A DNA stretch of 64,000 nucleotides from Amphiscolops sp. MND2022. Its lineage: Eukaryota. Both the position numbers and the translations under genes were made by a program. The DNA lies in assembly GCA_964187785.1 (NCBI GenBank), contig OZ076409.1:27282001-27346000 (forward strand), in the 5' to 3' direction. Numbering within the stretch: position 1 is the first letter of the stretch; every line of letters begins with the position of its first letter. Below, piece after piece: positions 39,220 through 51,300 of this stretch. A model generated the notes under the pieces. It did no database searches. It was given only the letters and a program-made list of their open reading frames with translations, and was not told the DNA's origin.

Positions 39220-41417
39220 TAGGGGTGTACCGGATCGCAAATTTTTATTCCGGCCGGAACCGGATCGGATAAAAAATTTTGTTCCGGCCGGATAATTGCC
39301 GGAATTTTTATTTTGTTTACTTCTGATAAAACATATAGAGACAAGATTTCTGAGAAATTAATTTCAGCCTGCACTTAAGTTATGGGTTTCTCAGAAATAC
39401 TAATGACATTATAACGAGTTTATTTCTTTCAGATAATTAAAAAAAAATGTCAATCGTTTGTCTGGTCATTATTCACGTTGAAGGAAGACAATGAACATCT
39501 CGTAGTGTGCAATTTGTGCGAAAAGGTCATTTCCAGGGGACCTCCGAATAAACCCAGCGAATATTCCACCACGCCGTTGCACAAACACGCCGAAAAATCA
39601 TGAGCTTAGCATGCATCTGCCGAGCTTAGCATGCAGAAGAGTATAAAAGTGCTAAACCAGGACAGTTCACCCTGAAAACAGCTTTTGTACCCTCTCATAA
39701 TCAGCCAACTATTCAGCAGAGCTTTGAATGAGCTAAGCTCTGGAATGTCCATGACGAAAAAGCCATGGAAATTCATAGAAAAATAGTTCGAATGATGACC
39801 CTCGACAATCAGCCGTTTTCTATCGAGGAAGATCAAGGTTTCACCGATTTGATGAAGCACTTACAACCGAGATACAAACTGCCGAACAGAAAATATTTCA
39901 CTGAGAAAATGCTACCATTGGAATACGACCGCTGCTATTCGAATATTCTGAAAAGTTACGAAAGCGGAATTTTTATCATTCACGTCAGATTTTTGGTCCT
40001 GTGACAAATCGAAGTATTCCTTTTGTCTATAACTGCTCATTGGATAACATGACTTTTAACCTCAAAATGCAACACTTCGCAGCAGGCATATAGAAAAATC
40101 GCATACCGGAGTGTATATATCGATATACTACAAGAAGTGTTTCGTGAATTTTCAATAAACCCGGAACGAAGATTTCTGCTCGTTCGAGATGGAGCGTCAA
40201 ACATACGATCTGCAGCTGATTTGACCAACATTGACAATATTCATTAAGTGATTCATCTGATGCAGCTTGTTATCCAGGATTCTCTCTCTTCGCAAAGGGC
40301 AGTACACGACGTTATAGCAAAGTTTCGAAAAATATCTACTCTTTTCCACCATTCCAATAAAGCAGTGAGATGCTCAAAGCAATTCAATTGTCTCAAAATT
40401 ACGATAGTATGCTGTTGCCGGTACAGGATGTTTCAACCAAATGGAACAGCACTTACCTAATGCTTCTCAGAGCTCAACTAATCTAAAGATCTCTTCAAGA
40501 ATATTGCGACGAGAACACGTATATTCCAACGATTAGTGGAAATGAATGGAAGATTTTAAGGTTGATTGTTCTGCTTGAACCTTTTTTCGAGTTCACCAAA
40601 AAATTGAGCTACGACTCTACTGCAATGTCAGTTGTCCTACCCAACATAATTGCGCTGAACTATTTCTTATCCAAAATTGGAGGAAACGACCAAGGGATAC
40701 AGACAACAGTTTCTACTAGGGAAAACTTGCTGATACACTTTCGGGCGGACGGAACATCAATTTTGGACTCAAAATTGCACCTCATTCCAACAGCGCTGGA
40801 TCCTCGATATAAGACCAGCTTTTTCAAGGATGTTGAAGTCTAGGAAAAGGCAAAAGGATACATTATTCAGGAATGTATAAACATGCCCAGTTTTGAAAGA
40901 GAGCCACCTATTGGCGCTGACATTCCAGCAAAAGATCCCAATAAGTTCTCTAGAGTCTTGCATGGCCAAAATTTCGGGTAACCGAATTTCTTATAGCCAA
41001 AATCAAAATTCGTTAGAGCTGGAATTAAATCGATTCCTGGCTGAACGATGTGCAAATGAAAAGTGCAACCCATACACTTGGTGGAAAAATAGCACTTTTC
41101 CAAACCTCAAAATGTTGTTCAAGAAGTTTTTTCCGCCCCACCATCGTCTGTATACTCGGAAAGCCAATTTTCAGAATATGGAAACATTTATGAAGAAACA
41201 AGAAGTCACCTGTTGCCAAAAAATATCAATTTTTTTTGCATCATAATTTGAAAAAATGTGTGTGAATTGAAGTGTTTCGCTATATGTTTTTGAAGGATCT
41301 TCAGTTTTATGTTTTTGAACGCACCGGAATATCCGGTATAGTTTTTGAAGTTCCGGTCGGAACCGGAACGGGATATCTTTGGTAAACCGGCAGGACATAA
41401 TATCCGGCACACCCCTA
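39220..41417 (+). mobile_element. Full-length but decayed hAT DNA transposon (ZBED-like transposase pseudogene)
   Basis: TIR taggggtgtaccggat / atccggcacaccccta; perfect 8-bp TSD tttgaaag; ccgga subterminal repeats; BED finger (VWSLF..CNLC..LHKH), DNQPFSIEEDQGF, ALDPRYK and dimerisation-domain remnants, broken by stops and frameshifts. Confidence 0.95.
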
Positions 41418-42358
41418 TTTGAAAGTATTAGAATGATCCGTCCTATTTCTGATATTTTTCCCGGGCTGCCTTGGGATGTCATATAAACGCAAAACACGAA
41501 AAATTGCCAGCTTTTGAAGCTGCAGATAAAAGCAGCGATAAACATCTTGGAAATTTTCATCAGAGGATTTGAAGACGTGTAAACTGTATAGGTTAGAGAG
41601 CGGCTCAGCCACTCTTTTCTAAGAAATAACTATTTTACAGTACTCGCACTTTTTCAAAGGGATTTGGATTTCATTGAAGATGACATTGATTATTCAGCAC
41701 AGAATGTGGAAAAATGATAATGGTAATTTTGCTTCGATTTTGATTGGAAAACACCAAAAAAATTCATCATTGTCGTCGTAAATTGACTACGTTGTTAAAA
41801 GGCCTCTCCAAACCATTGTCATTATTTAACCATGTTCACGCATATTCAGTCAATTATCACTGTTTACCATACACGTACATGGATCATACATCGAAACAAT
41901 AGCGAGAGGAAAACCACCTGGAAAAGCCAGTACAAGGGTTGTTATGAACAAAATACTTGAAAAACGAGAAGTACTTTACTTTTTCGAGCAAAATCACAAA
42001 TCAGTTCATCAGCAAAACATCAATTTGATTCTTGAACTAGCTAAAATTTTGGGATTACGTAAATTTTATCACTTAATTTTGGAACTATCTATACACTGAA
42101 CATGGAAAAAGTCATGCATTTGCACTTTTATCATTTTTTTTACCATTTCGTATGAAATGTTGGATTGAGATTAGCTGGGCAAAACTACTGCCGCTTTTTG
42201 TACTAGATTTTGTACCAAACGTCATCTAGCGTTTGGATATCCTTTAAAGGCTAACATGGATTTCTCAGCGTCGATTTCTTACTTGTTAGAATACATGTCG
42301 ATGCGGTGAGTAACTTTCAGTAGGTAATCCGGTTTACTACTGAGCCAATTACGAAGAG

Positions 42359-42924
42359 AACAAGCTGGGAACGGCCCAAGTTGGCACCCGTTCAAGGTTC
42401 AAGAGCAATGCGTTTGAAATATATAAGGGACAACTATTGTGGAACTTTCCAATTATCATGCAGTGCCGAAAAATACCGGAAGTACCCAGAGACTTGAAAA
42501 CAGAATTTTTGCAGCTGGAAACACTTGGAAAAAACAGAATTGCAAGAAACTTTTCAAAAAGTCGCATAGTGCCGAACAACTCAAAGGGAGACGCTTAAGC
42601 TCGCTAAATGCCTTTTTCAAACCGAAAAACTGAAGGCGCCCTTTGATGAAATTCAAAAATTTTAGGAAAAAAAGTACAACGCCGAAAAAACGCAAAGGGG
42701 GTCCTTTGGTATCGTTTACTTTCGCGAAAAAAATGTCCATCCTGGGATTCAAACCTACGCGCCCTTGCTTTAACAGCCACACACTCATCCACTTCAAGTG
42801 ATCGTGTCGTTTTAAAGTCGCACTGGAGCAACTTGAAGAACCTTTCAGAAATCTGTCAGTTTATCTGGTCTTAATAAAGCCGCTACTATGGTCATCGTTT
42901 TCTAGCGAACGCGCCCACTAAAAA
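42359..42924 (-). mobile_element. HINE family B with degenerate tRNA-like cassette (~42734-42800, minus strand)
   Basis: aacaagctgggaacggcccaagttggcac start, gaacgcgcccactaaaaa end; minus-strand GGTTTGAATCC B box followed by a T-run. Confidence 0.7.
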
Positions 42925-42947
42925 TCAGTCACTTGAAGTTTTTAAGA

Positions 42948-43082
42948 TTGTATGGTTACAAGAAATTTACTACTAGGGCCTATTTGCTACTAGGTTGTTA
43001 GCTACTATTTCCGGCATTGTATGGTTACAAAAAGTTTGCTACTAGGGTCTTTTTGCTATTAGGTAGTTTGCTACTATTCCCA
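42948..43082. repeat. ~69-bp tandem duplication built from tgctactagg-like subunits
   Basis: ttgtatggttacaa..ctactaggg..tgcta.tagg occurs twice. Confidence 0.75.
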
Positions 43083-45208
43083 ACTATGAGTCTATTTTAT
43101 TAATTATGGGACGATAGGTCAGCTTTTTTCCAATTTTGAGCCCGACAAGCGAATCCACCGTCGAATCCTTCAGTAGCATGTTAACGACTTGACAGGATAT
43201 TAAGAATAATTAAGCCGGCAACTTTGGCAAATATACCGCATTCCAACAAACTTGATTGTTTCATAGCTCACTAAATAGTTTGTTTTTGTGAAACAAAAAA
43301 GGCCAGACTCTTACAGTGACTTCTTTTTTTTCGAGACCACAGGCCTCACACTGAAAGGTCTACCTTTTTATAAAGCCAATACTCGCTTTCTGTCGGTCTC
43401 ACCAACTGCTGTGTTAGCTACGTGAACAAGACTGAAAAACTATTCGGCGGTAATATGAAATGGCCTGCCCTGTTTCAACAATTTTTCAGTTACGGCAAAA
43501 ATATCAACTAATCGCTAAGACAAAGTATTTCAATGCTCTTTTTACGTTTGATTGCAATTTTATGATTTAATCGTCGGTCAGGAAAACGGCTCAAAATCGA
43601 ACCTGATTTGATAGACGCAGAGTCGAAATCAGTGGCAATCGACATGCTGATTGTTGCCACGCTGAAGTTGTCATCTTTGTCTTTGCCGTCGTCTTTTTCA
43701 CCTTGACACTGTTTGGTAGGCATGATTGGTCGCAAGAAAGCAGCACAACCACCTTTCTTGGCCGCTTCGTTTAAATTGATAGATAGAACAACTAATTAAT
43801 ACAATCAAGTAGTTTCTAACTAATTAGTACTCGGTGACATCATTTACTACTTATTTTGGCTTGTGTCATCAACTACTACATTCATTCAGAAGTCAGATAA
43901 ATCGATTTCCTCGTCAATGAATCTTTACATCAATTGTTCTCATTAAGAATTGAGCGTAATTGAAGCGTATAAGGTTCCATTTTTCCTACCGCAGACTTTA
44001 AGAAACTAGTTCAAAAGTGTCTCTGCATTGAAGCCCCTTCTGAAATGACTTTAATGCATTCCCATCAACAACTTTACGAATGAAAAATTTGTGATAGAAT
44101 ACATTCGCATTAGAATGCGAAAATTTTACTCAAAAAAATTAAATGTAATCTATGTTTGACCTTCCCGGGTGAGACTCAGCTCCAAAGTGGTTTCCTTCCT
44201 GGTTCAGAATTCTCATGCATCGATTGATCTGATTTCGGGATTTTTTTCAAATTTCATGTGATAGTGGTAGATCCGATGCTTGCATTTCAGAGTAGGCCAA
44301 ATTTTAACGAGCTTTCAGACGTGGAACAAGTAAAATTGACTTTTGGGCCTAATTCGCTCGGTTTAAGCAGCGCGTGCTTCCATAGATACTACATCCGATG
44401 CACCAAAAGGATCCGCCTTTTGGTTGATTGTCAATGTTTTGAGGTTTTCAAAAAAAGTTGAATTTCTTCGGGACCATGTAACCAAGGTTCACCATTAAAT
44501 TTTTTTTGGCACTGCAAGATTTTTTGGAAGCCTCTAAAACCAAAACCTGAGCAAAATTGAAAGACAATGCATTTTGAAGCGGGGCACCAGGACTTGAGCA
44601 GCTGAAGGTATGTTGGGATTCGGTTCTTTTCTGTGCCCCCCAGCACCATTTTTTTTAAAAAAAATCAATGAAAATTTCACAGTGGCAGTTTAGGATCCAA
44701 GTACAAACTTTGTTCACACTCTTTTTACCTGTGAATTCTCTCATTTTTGAAAATCAACAGGAAAAAATTGGTGTGTGTGTGGGGGTGGGGGGGGGGGGGG
44801 GTTGAGAAGAGCCTGGAACTCAATGAAGGTTACTGTTAAGGCCCCCTCATAGCCATCTGATGGGCAAGTTCTAAGTTCATTGTCGTTATTCTGAGGTAAG
44901 GAAATACCCAATTCAATTAAATGTCAATCCTTCAGTACTGTATCTTAAGTCAAAAAATCGAATTCCGTCAAAAAATATATTTCGTTTTATAACGTTCTAA
45001 GAAAATGTTTCGCCAGAGAACAATTCATTGTAATCAGTGTTTTCATAACAATGATATCCAAAACAATATGGGTACTTTCCCCGTATAAACAGCCTCTTCC
45101 TCAGGTAAAATAGGTTGCCTGGTTGAACGAACATCAGCATTTCGTATCACAGGCTCATCTTTTTCGTATGACGTCACCTCATTTCCAGCTTCAATAGCCC
45201 ATTCTCGT

Positions 45209-47698
45209 TCACGCTGAAGGGTTAAACTTCCTGCTTTCGTTTTTCATACGGGAAACAATCAGCCTGTCTCTTTCAAATTTTTGTCTCAATTCTGCTATAT
45301 GTCTGTCTTTCTTGGAATTAATGTGTTGCTTGTAGAAGTTCATCATTCGCTTTTGCTCACTTTTTCTTCTTTCCTAAAAAAGCACTGAATGAAAGTAATT
45401 CAAGAAATTGAAGGTACTAGAGTTGCGTAAAATCGGTATCGGGAAATAACGCACATGGAAAAACACCTGAAACAAAATAACGCCTATATTTTACGATAAT
45501 GTAGTCAGCAATGGTCACATACCTCTAAGCCCTAACCGCAGGAGCGAAGCGAATCGATGCGATATTATTAGTCCAGCGGTTGAGTTTGAAGAAGGCCGAC
45601 TTGGAGGGACGCGAAATACATTGGAAGGAGGAAGGCCGAGCCATAAAACCAAAATTAAAGCAAGGGCTGATATGAAAATAATTTGTTTTACCAACATCTG
45701 CTATGGGCTTTTTTCTTTTGGACGTTTTTCTGTGCGCAAGGGCATTTCTTCTTATAACCGTAGATTGCTGAAGAATTCTAAGGAAAATGACAGCGGTTTT
45801 TCTGCTAGTTTTCTTTGTTGATCAAAGTGAACATCAAGGAATATAGCATTGGTTTCGAAACGTTTTGATATGAAGCTGTCATTCAATTATCGTTTCCAGC
45901 AAAATTTGCATGATTTAATTTGCATGAAACAAATATTACAGCTAACATTTATACAAAAACGAAAATAAAACCGTTTTCGTTGATCAATTGCAGTCCTTTT
46001 CAAAATCCATTCCATGGAAATACATAATCAAGCTTACCTAGTTACTGGGGGTCTAATTGGAACCTAACACTATTCCTATCTGCCCGGTAAAAGTTACGTA
46101 CCGTAGTAAAATCTTAAAGAATCATCACCCCCCCCCCCCAAATTACGCAATAAGATACTCCACAATGCAATGTTATAAAAACCATAATAGATGCGTGTGA
46201 ACTCACCAGCAATATAGACTTCTTTTGGTTGGCGTGAGTGAAGGCCACTCCTTTCTCTTTATGCTTCTTGCCATGACACGTCACCACTTGCCAGCCTCCT
46301 CCATCATCTCCGACATTTACCACACTGGCAACACCTGTCACTTCAACAGCAGCACCCGTACCTGTTTTCAATTCACCGCCATTTTTCAACAACGCACTTT
46401 TTTTCTGTCGCTGTTCAGAAATGGTAAACTCACGTAGCCATTCTGAAATGTCCTTTCTCACTTTTGCAGGATTTTCTTCAAATTGCTTTTGGTATTGCTG
46501 GCAATAAAATTTACTTCCGCCCATTTGGAAAGACTCCAATTGGACTCCATCTAAATTGCGCACTTTGTTGATTAAGGTTTCAGCATGCTTCTTGGAGTCA
46601 AAAACTGCAAAATATTCCCTGCGAAGAAGGTCACAGTCGTTTACAAACACACACACACTTTTCCGACTGACATCTAAAATCTTGATAAAAATGTCTTCAA
46701 TCAGACTGGCGTCCAAAAAATAAGGTACGTTTCTGACCAATACAGCGGACTGGGCAAACGACGGAGATACACCGGTTTGTATAACAGTGGACGGTATTTG
46801 GGGCGATCTACGCAGCTCCAGATGTAGAACAATTTCTGTGAAGCTGAAATAGAAAACTTGCGATTTGTAACTGATATGTATTACATTGTACACAAAAGCA
46901 TTAGCTGATGCAAAATGGTTGCTACCTTATGGGAGCTAGTGATGACAATTTTTGTAAGCAAAATGTCCATGGAAATGAAATCCATACTGGTTATCAAAGA
47001 ATAGAATAGTCATCGCTTTACAAGATTAAATTTTGATCCACTATGCCGAAAATCCTCTATGCTCGCAAAAGTTTTGGTTTTTTATAAAAATGAAAGGGGG
47101 CTTCGATAAAAACAAATAAGAAAAAAGTCGCATAGTTCCGAAAAAAACGCCGGTCTTAAAAAAACAAAAAACGCTTTATCCGGTATACGTAATATCCGGA
47201 ATTCGATATATCTGGTTTGCTCCAAAAAATCCCAAGGGGGGACCCTTTTGTAACATTTTGAAAAATTCTCCAAAAAACGTTAGATCCGGTATATGTTATA
47301 TCAGAGATTCGTTATATACGGTTTGCGCAAAATCCGGTATGGGTTGTTATTGTCGAAGGGGACTCCTTAGCGCTTTTTACAGCTTTGAAAATTTTCCAAG
47401 CTTATAAAATCTGTCACTTCGTAGGACTTAAAAATTTTTTAAAGCCAGTGCTATAGTCGTCTCTTTCTACGAAAGCGCCGACTACAAAGATCTTTTGTGG
47501 AATACCTTTTACTTTTTCGGAAAATCGCCATAAAACCAGTCTCGACTCTTAAGGGTACTTAATGAAATTTACTCATATTGCCAATAAAATGCCCCTCTGC
47601 CAAACTACACACCACCTGAACAATGCACACTTTACTCACCTCTTACTCTTCACATCGAGAATTAAACGTGCTGTGGACTCAATTTTCGAAGAAGGCAT
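45209..47698 (-). CDS. RRP7A: Ribosomal RNA-processing protein 7 homolog
   Basis: Exons 47698-47640, 46843-46207, 45373-45209, in phase; N-terminal RRM-like VLVRNVPYF, DDGGGWQVV motif, C-terminal NFYKQH..IAELRQKFERDR..RMK..RKFNP typical of RRP7. Confidence 0.85.
47040..47489 (-). mobile_element. HINE family B fragment in RRP7A intron 1
   Basis: Shared body (aaagtcgcatagttccgaaaa, ggggacccttt) and cgaaagcgccgactacaaa end. Confidence 0.65.
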
Positions 47699-47824
47699 TG
47701 CTACCTGAAATTACGGTTTTCAATGTAGAACTTGCGATCTTGATCAAAAACCACGGAAAAAGACTGAAATTTTAATACCAGTAAACATCTAGATTCGTCA
47801 CAAGCATCGTAATTTGAAAAAAAA

Positions 47825-48115
47825 AACAAGACGAGAACGTCTAAAGTCGGCGCTATATCTAAGGCTCAAAAATCGCAAAACTTTTTGAAAAAAAAACTTT
47901 TTTTCTTCCGGAAATCGTCGCACAGTGCCGAAAAAAAATCGAAGGGGGGGCCTTTAGTCCCGTCCGGTTTTGTAGGTTACGTTTAAAAAGTAAAAAAAAA
48001 CAAAGGGTGGACCCTTTGGAATAACTTAGATGCGTTTCCCGGGTATTCGTTTAGTTTCCTTTAGTTGAACGTTAACGTTCGTCGCCTCGAGTGTCTTAAA
48101 AAAACGCCGACTAAC
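47825..48115 (-). mobile_element. Short complete HINE family B between ELP2 and RRP7A
   Basis: AACAAG + hairpin AGACG-agaa-CGTCT + AGTCGGCG ... CGCCGACT-AA. Confidence 0.78.
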
Positions 48116-48373
48116 AAGTTTCCCAAAAACTAGCAGCCTGTATTGTATACTAGCAGTCTGAAGCGGAATGGAAACTTTTAACAATGGCGAACTTATTTTC
48201 TCGTTAGAAAAGAAGCTTTTCAAAGAACAAAATGACCTTGTTGCAAATAAAAACTGAGATGGAAGCTTTTGCAATTCTGTTTAAACAACAGTAAGTGGTC
48301 AGTGAGAGATTCACATGACATGCTACTAAAGTAATCACTGCGTATTCTGAAAAACAGTTAAACAATACGATAT

Positions 48374-51300
48374 TTAAATTTCCCCGAAAACAATCTTGAA
48401 CATTTTAACAATGCAGTCATTTGAGCAAGAAGCCAACCAGAGCAAAGTCTCAGAATCGTTCCTTTTAGCAAATTGAAACTCGGAAATACTGAATTTCAGA
48501 CAATTAACATCCAATACATGCGCAGATAAAGAGTCCAAAGTATGCAGTAAAGAAAATTTGCCGAGTTTGTCAATTTTCAGGAGTGATATAGATCCATTTT
48601 CTAATCCAACAGCTACTAAATGGAAACTGTCAGTCAAATCAGAGGATTCTGAGTAGGAGGTTTTAACCACGTCAACAGCTGTGAGACCCGAAGACATAAC
48701 GTGACTGTGCAATAGCTCTGGTTCAACATTGGAATCTGATGGATTAGCAATTGCAGTACTGGATTTTCCAAAGTTCCACAAGGCAACGGTTTTGTCACGT
48801 GAAGCTGTCAGAAATTTGTATTCTTCCACTTCGTAGTTTTTGGCAGCTGCAGATTGATTCCAGAGCCAGCAACATTTCCAAATGATCCGTTTGTGATGAT
48901 TGGGTTTGTTGAAGAGCAACCGAAGCTTGTATCTGAAACGAGACCAGACACTTTAGAAATTTCGAGGGCAATGAATCTGGATATCAAAAATTCTGTTTCA
49001 TTCAAATACTGTCGAACACCTGATACTGTTTTTTAGTCGGCATTTTCGAAAAAAATGCACGACTATTACAGTGGCTAGTTTTTTTCGTCAGTTCAACGCG
49101 ATCGGTCCACTTTTTTGTTCATTTGTTCAACTTATTGGCCGAGAGGTTAACCCGGATTTTCTGTGGTCTGAGAAGCAGGAGAGCGTGGGTTCGAGTCTCG
49201 CACTAAACCACAAATTTTTTATGCTTCCAAAAGTAGAGGGGAGACCAAAGGGTCCCCCTTTGCGGTTTTTTCGGCACTATGCGACATTTTTCCGAAAATT
49301 TTTGAATTCTATCAAAAGGTACCCCCTTGAACTTTTTGAAGTTTTCGGTTTGTAAAAAATGTTTAATAAGCCTAAAGGGTTTCTTTTTGGGTTTTTCGGC
49401 AATATGCGACTTTTTTGGAAAAAAATTCCAAGTTTTTCCAATTGTTGTTCCTTGAATATTTTTGAGCCTTAGATATAAAGCCGACTTGGGCCGTTCCCGG
49501 CTTGTTATTAGATACACCGGAAGATGAACATTTATTATACTACTTTTTTCAATGAGCATAGTTCATTTCTACTTTTTTTTTCGTTTGAAGAAACCAAGTT
49601 ACTCAATTCGGTATTATTATTTACCGAGTCGGTCGTAAATTAAAAACAGACAAGACATGACCAAAAACGTTTTGTATATAAATAAGATGCAAAAATCCCG
49701 CGTTAGAGTTCTTGGGGGTCTATAGCTTTGCTTCCGTGAGCATCGAAGAGTCATCGATAAAGTCGGGCATCAGGTGTGCAAAAGCCGCTGGCAAAGACTA
49801 TTACAACAGGGGTCTGAGATACGAGTTTAAGGTTTTTTCTTCTGTTTTTGTACTTCAATGATTTCTGAATTAGTTTACGGTCTCCCTTCAACCGCGGAAG
49901 AGGACTGGAGTAAAAGGTAAAGCTAAACAGGAAATCAAATTCCTCAATCTAGCCTTAACATTTTTCCATGAATTCCATATATAATTTTTAGTTAAACATA
50001 CAAAAAATTTGAAACTTGAAATACGGAATCCAGCTTAGATGGCATGAACTTGCCTTTCTGGTTCCCCTCCAACGCCAGCTACTCTCTGGCTACTAGCGTT
50101 CATAATTTGTAACAATTTGGTGATTGGAGAAACGTTTAACACAGAGGCGAAGCGGTGCTTCGCAACACATGACGAAGACAACGATTATTTTAATATGCGT
50201 ATATATATTATTTTAATAGCATGCGTATATATTCAACAGTTCAATTTTATTCAATAACGTCCTTATGGCACAGTGGTTAACACTTACGCCGCGCAATCGG
50301 GAGGCTGCAGGTTCGAATCTCTCTGGGGTTTTGGCTTTTCTCTAAAAGGGGCTTATTACGAAGTTGGATATTGTGGAAAAAAAACTTTCTTAGCTGGACT
50401 GCAATGCACATTGACTTCGTCATGTGCAATAATAATTGACAGGTGATGTGGCAATGAGTAGACAAAGTGAACTTCAAAATCCTTCTTGCTGTGAAGTCCT
50501 GTTTTTGAACGAACCAGTACCAGGCAATGAAGGCCTGACGTTAAAAAAGTCGACATCAGTTAATAATTGAGTGTAAAACTAACTGAGACCCAGGTTGCAC
50601 GTAGAACACACTGAATGACCGATCTCGTGACACTGCGAGGAGGAAGGTGCCATCGTGACTGAATTGGAGGTCGGTCACTGTGAGTGAGTGGGCTCTCCCT
50701 CCAGAACTATCCACCAATTCGCAGCTGTTGGAGCCCAGGCTTTGGTATTGCCAGAGCAAAATAACAGCTGTGTCTACTGATGTTGCCTACAAACACGGAA
50801 CAATGCATTTCTTTCTCACAGGCACAAACATCAGAACCACCGACTCAAATCCATGTCGGAAATAGTGAATGATTAATGACCATCCATAATTACCGATACT
50901 CCAAACCCTTGCTTCTTTACATGTTATAAACAGGGCTAATGAACAATTTCAATAATGAAACATCAGATTATTGCAATGAAACATTCAATAAATTAGAATG
51001 TTAGCGTACAACATTCATATCAAAAGACAAAGGGAGCTTCGTGTACTGCATCCGCGTGTATTAGGACGGTATCAGATTCGAAAGTCTCAACTCACATTCG
51101 TTGGACTTCGAAAAATTTCCCCCCAGCTTAAAGGAAATGTCAACATTTATTTTATGTATTGAAACAAGCCGGGAACGACATAAGTCGGCGCCATATCTAA
51201 GGCTCAAAAATAACAAAAAAACTTCAAAGTGTCAAGTATTGTTTTACAGTACCCGAAAACCCCAAAAATTGAAGTGAATTGGCGCGATAAAAGGGGGGAC

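Noticed and set aside
43508..43770. Possible minus-strand coding exon
   Set aside because: Short, no recognisable domain and no convincing partner exons.
44771..44801. GT repeat plus poly-G as a G-quadruplex element
   Set aside because: Simple homopolymer, error-prone in assembly, with no supporting context.
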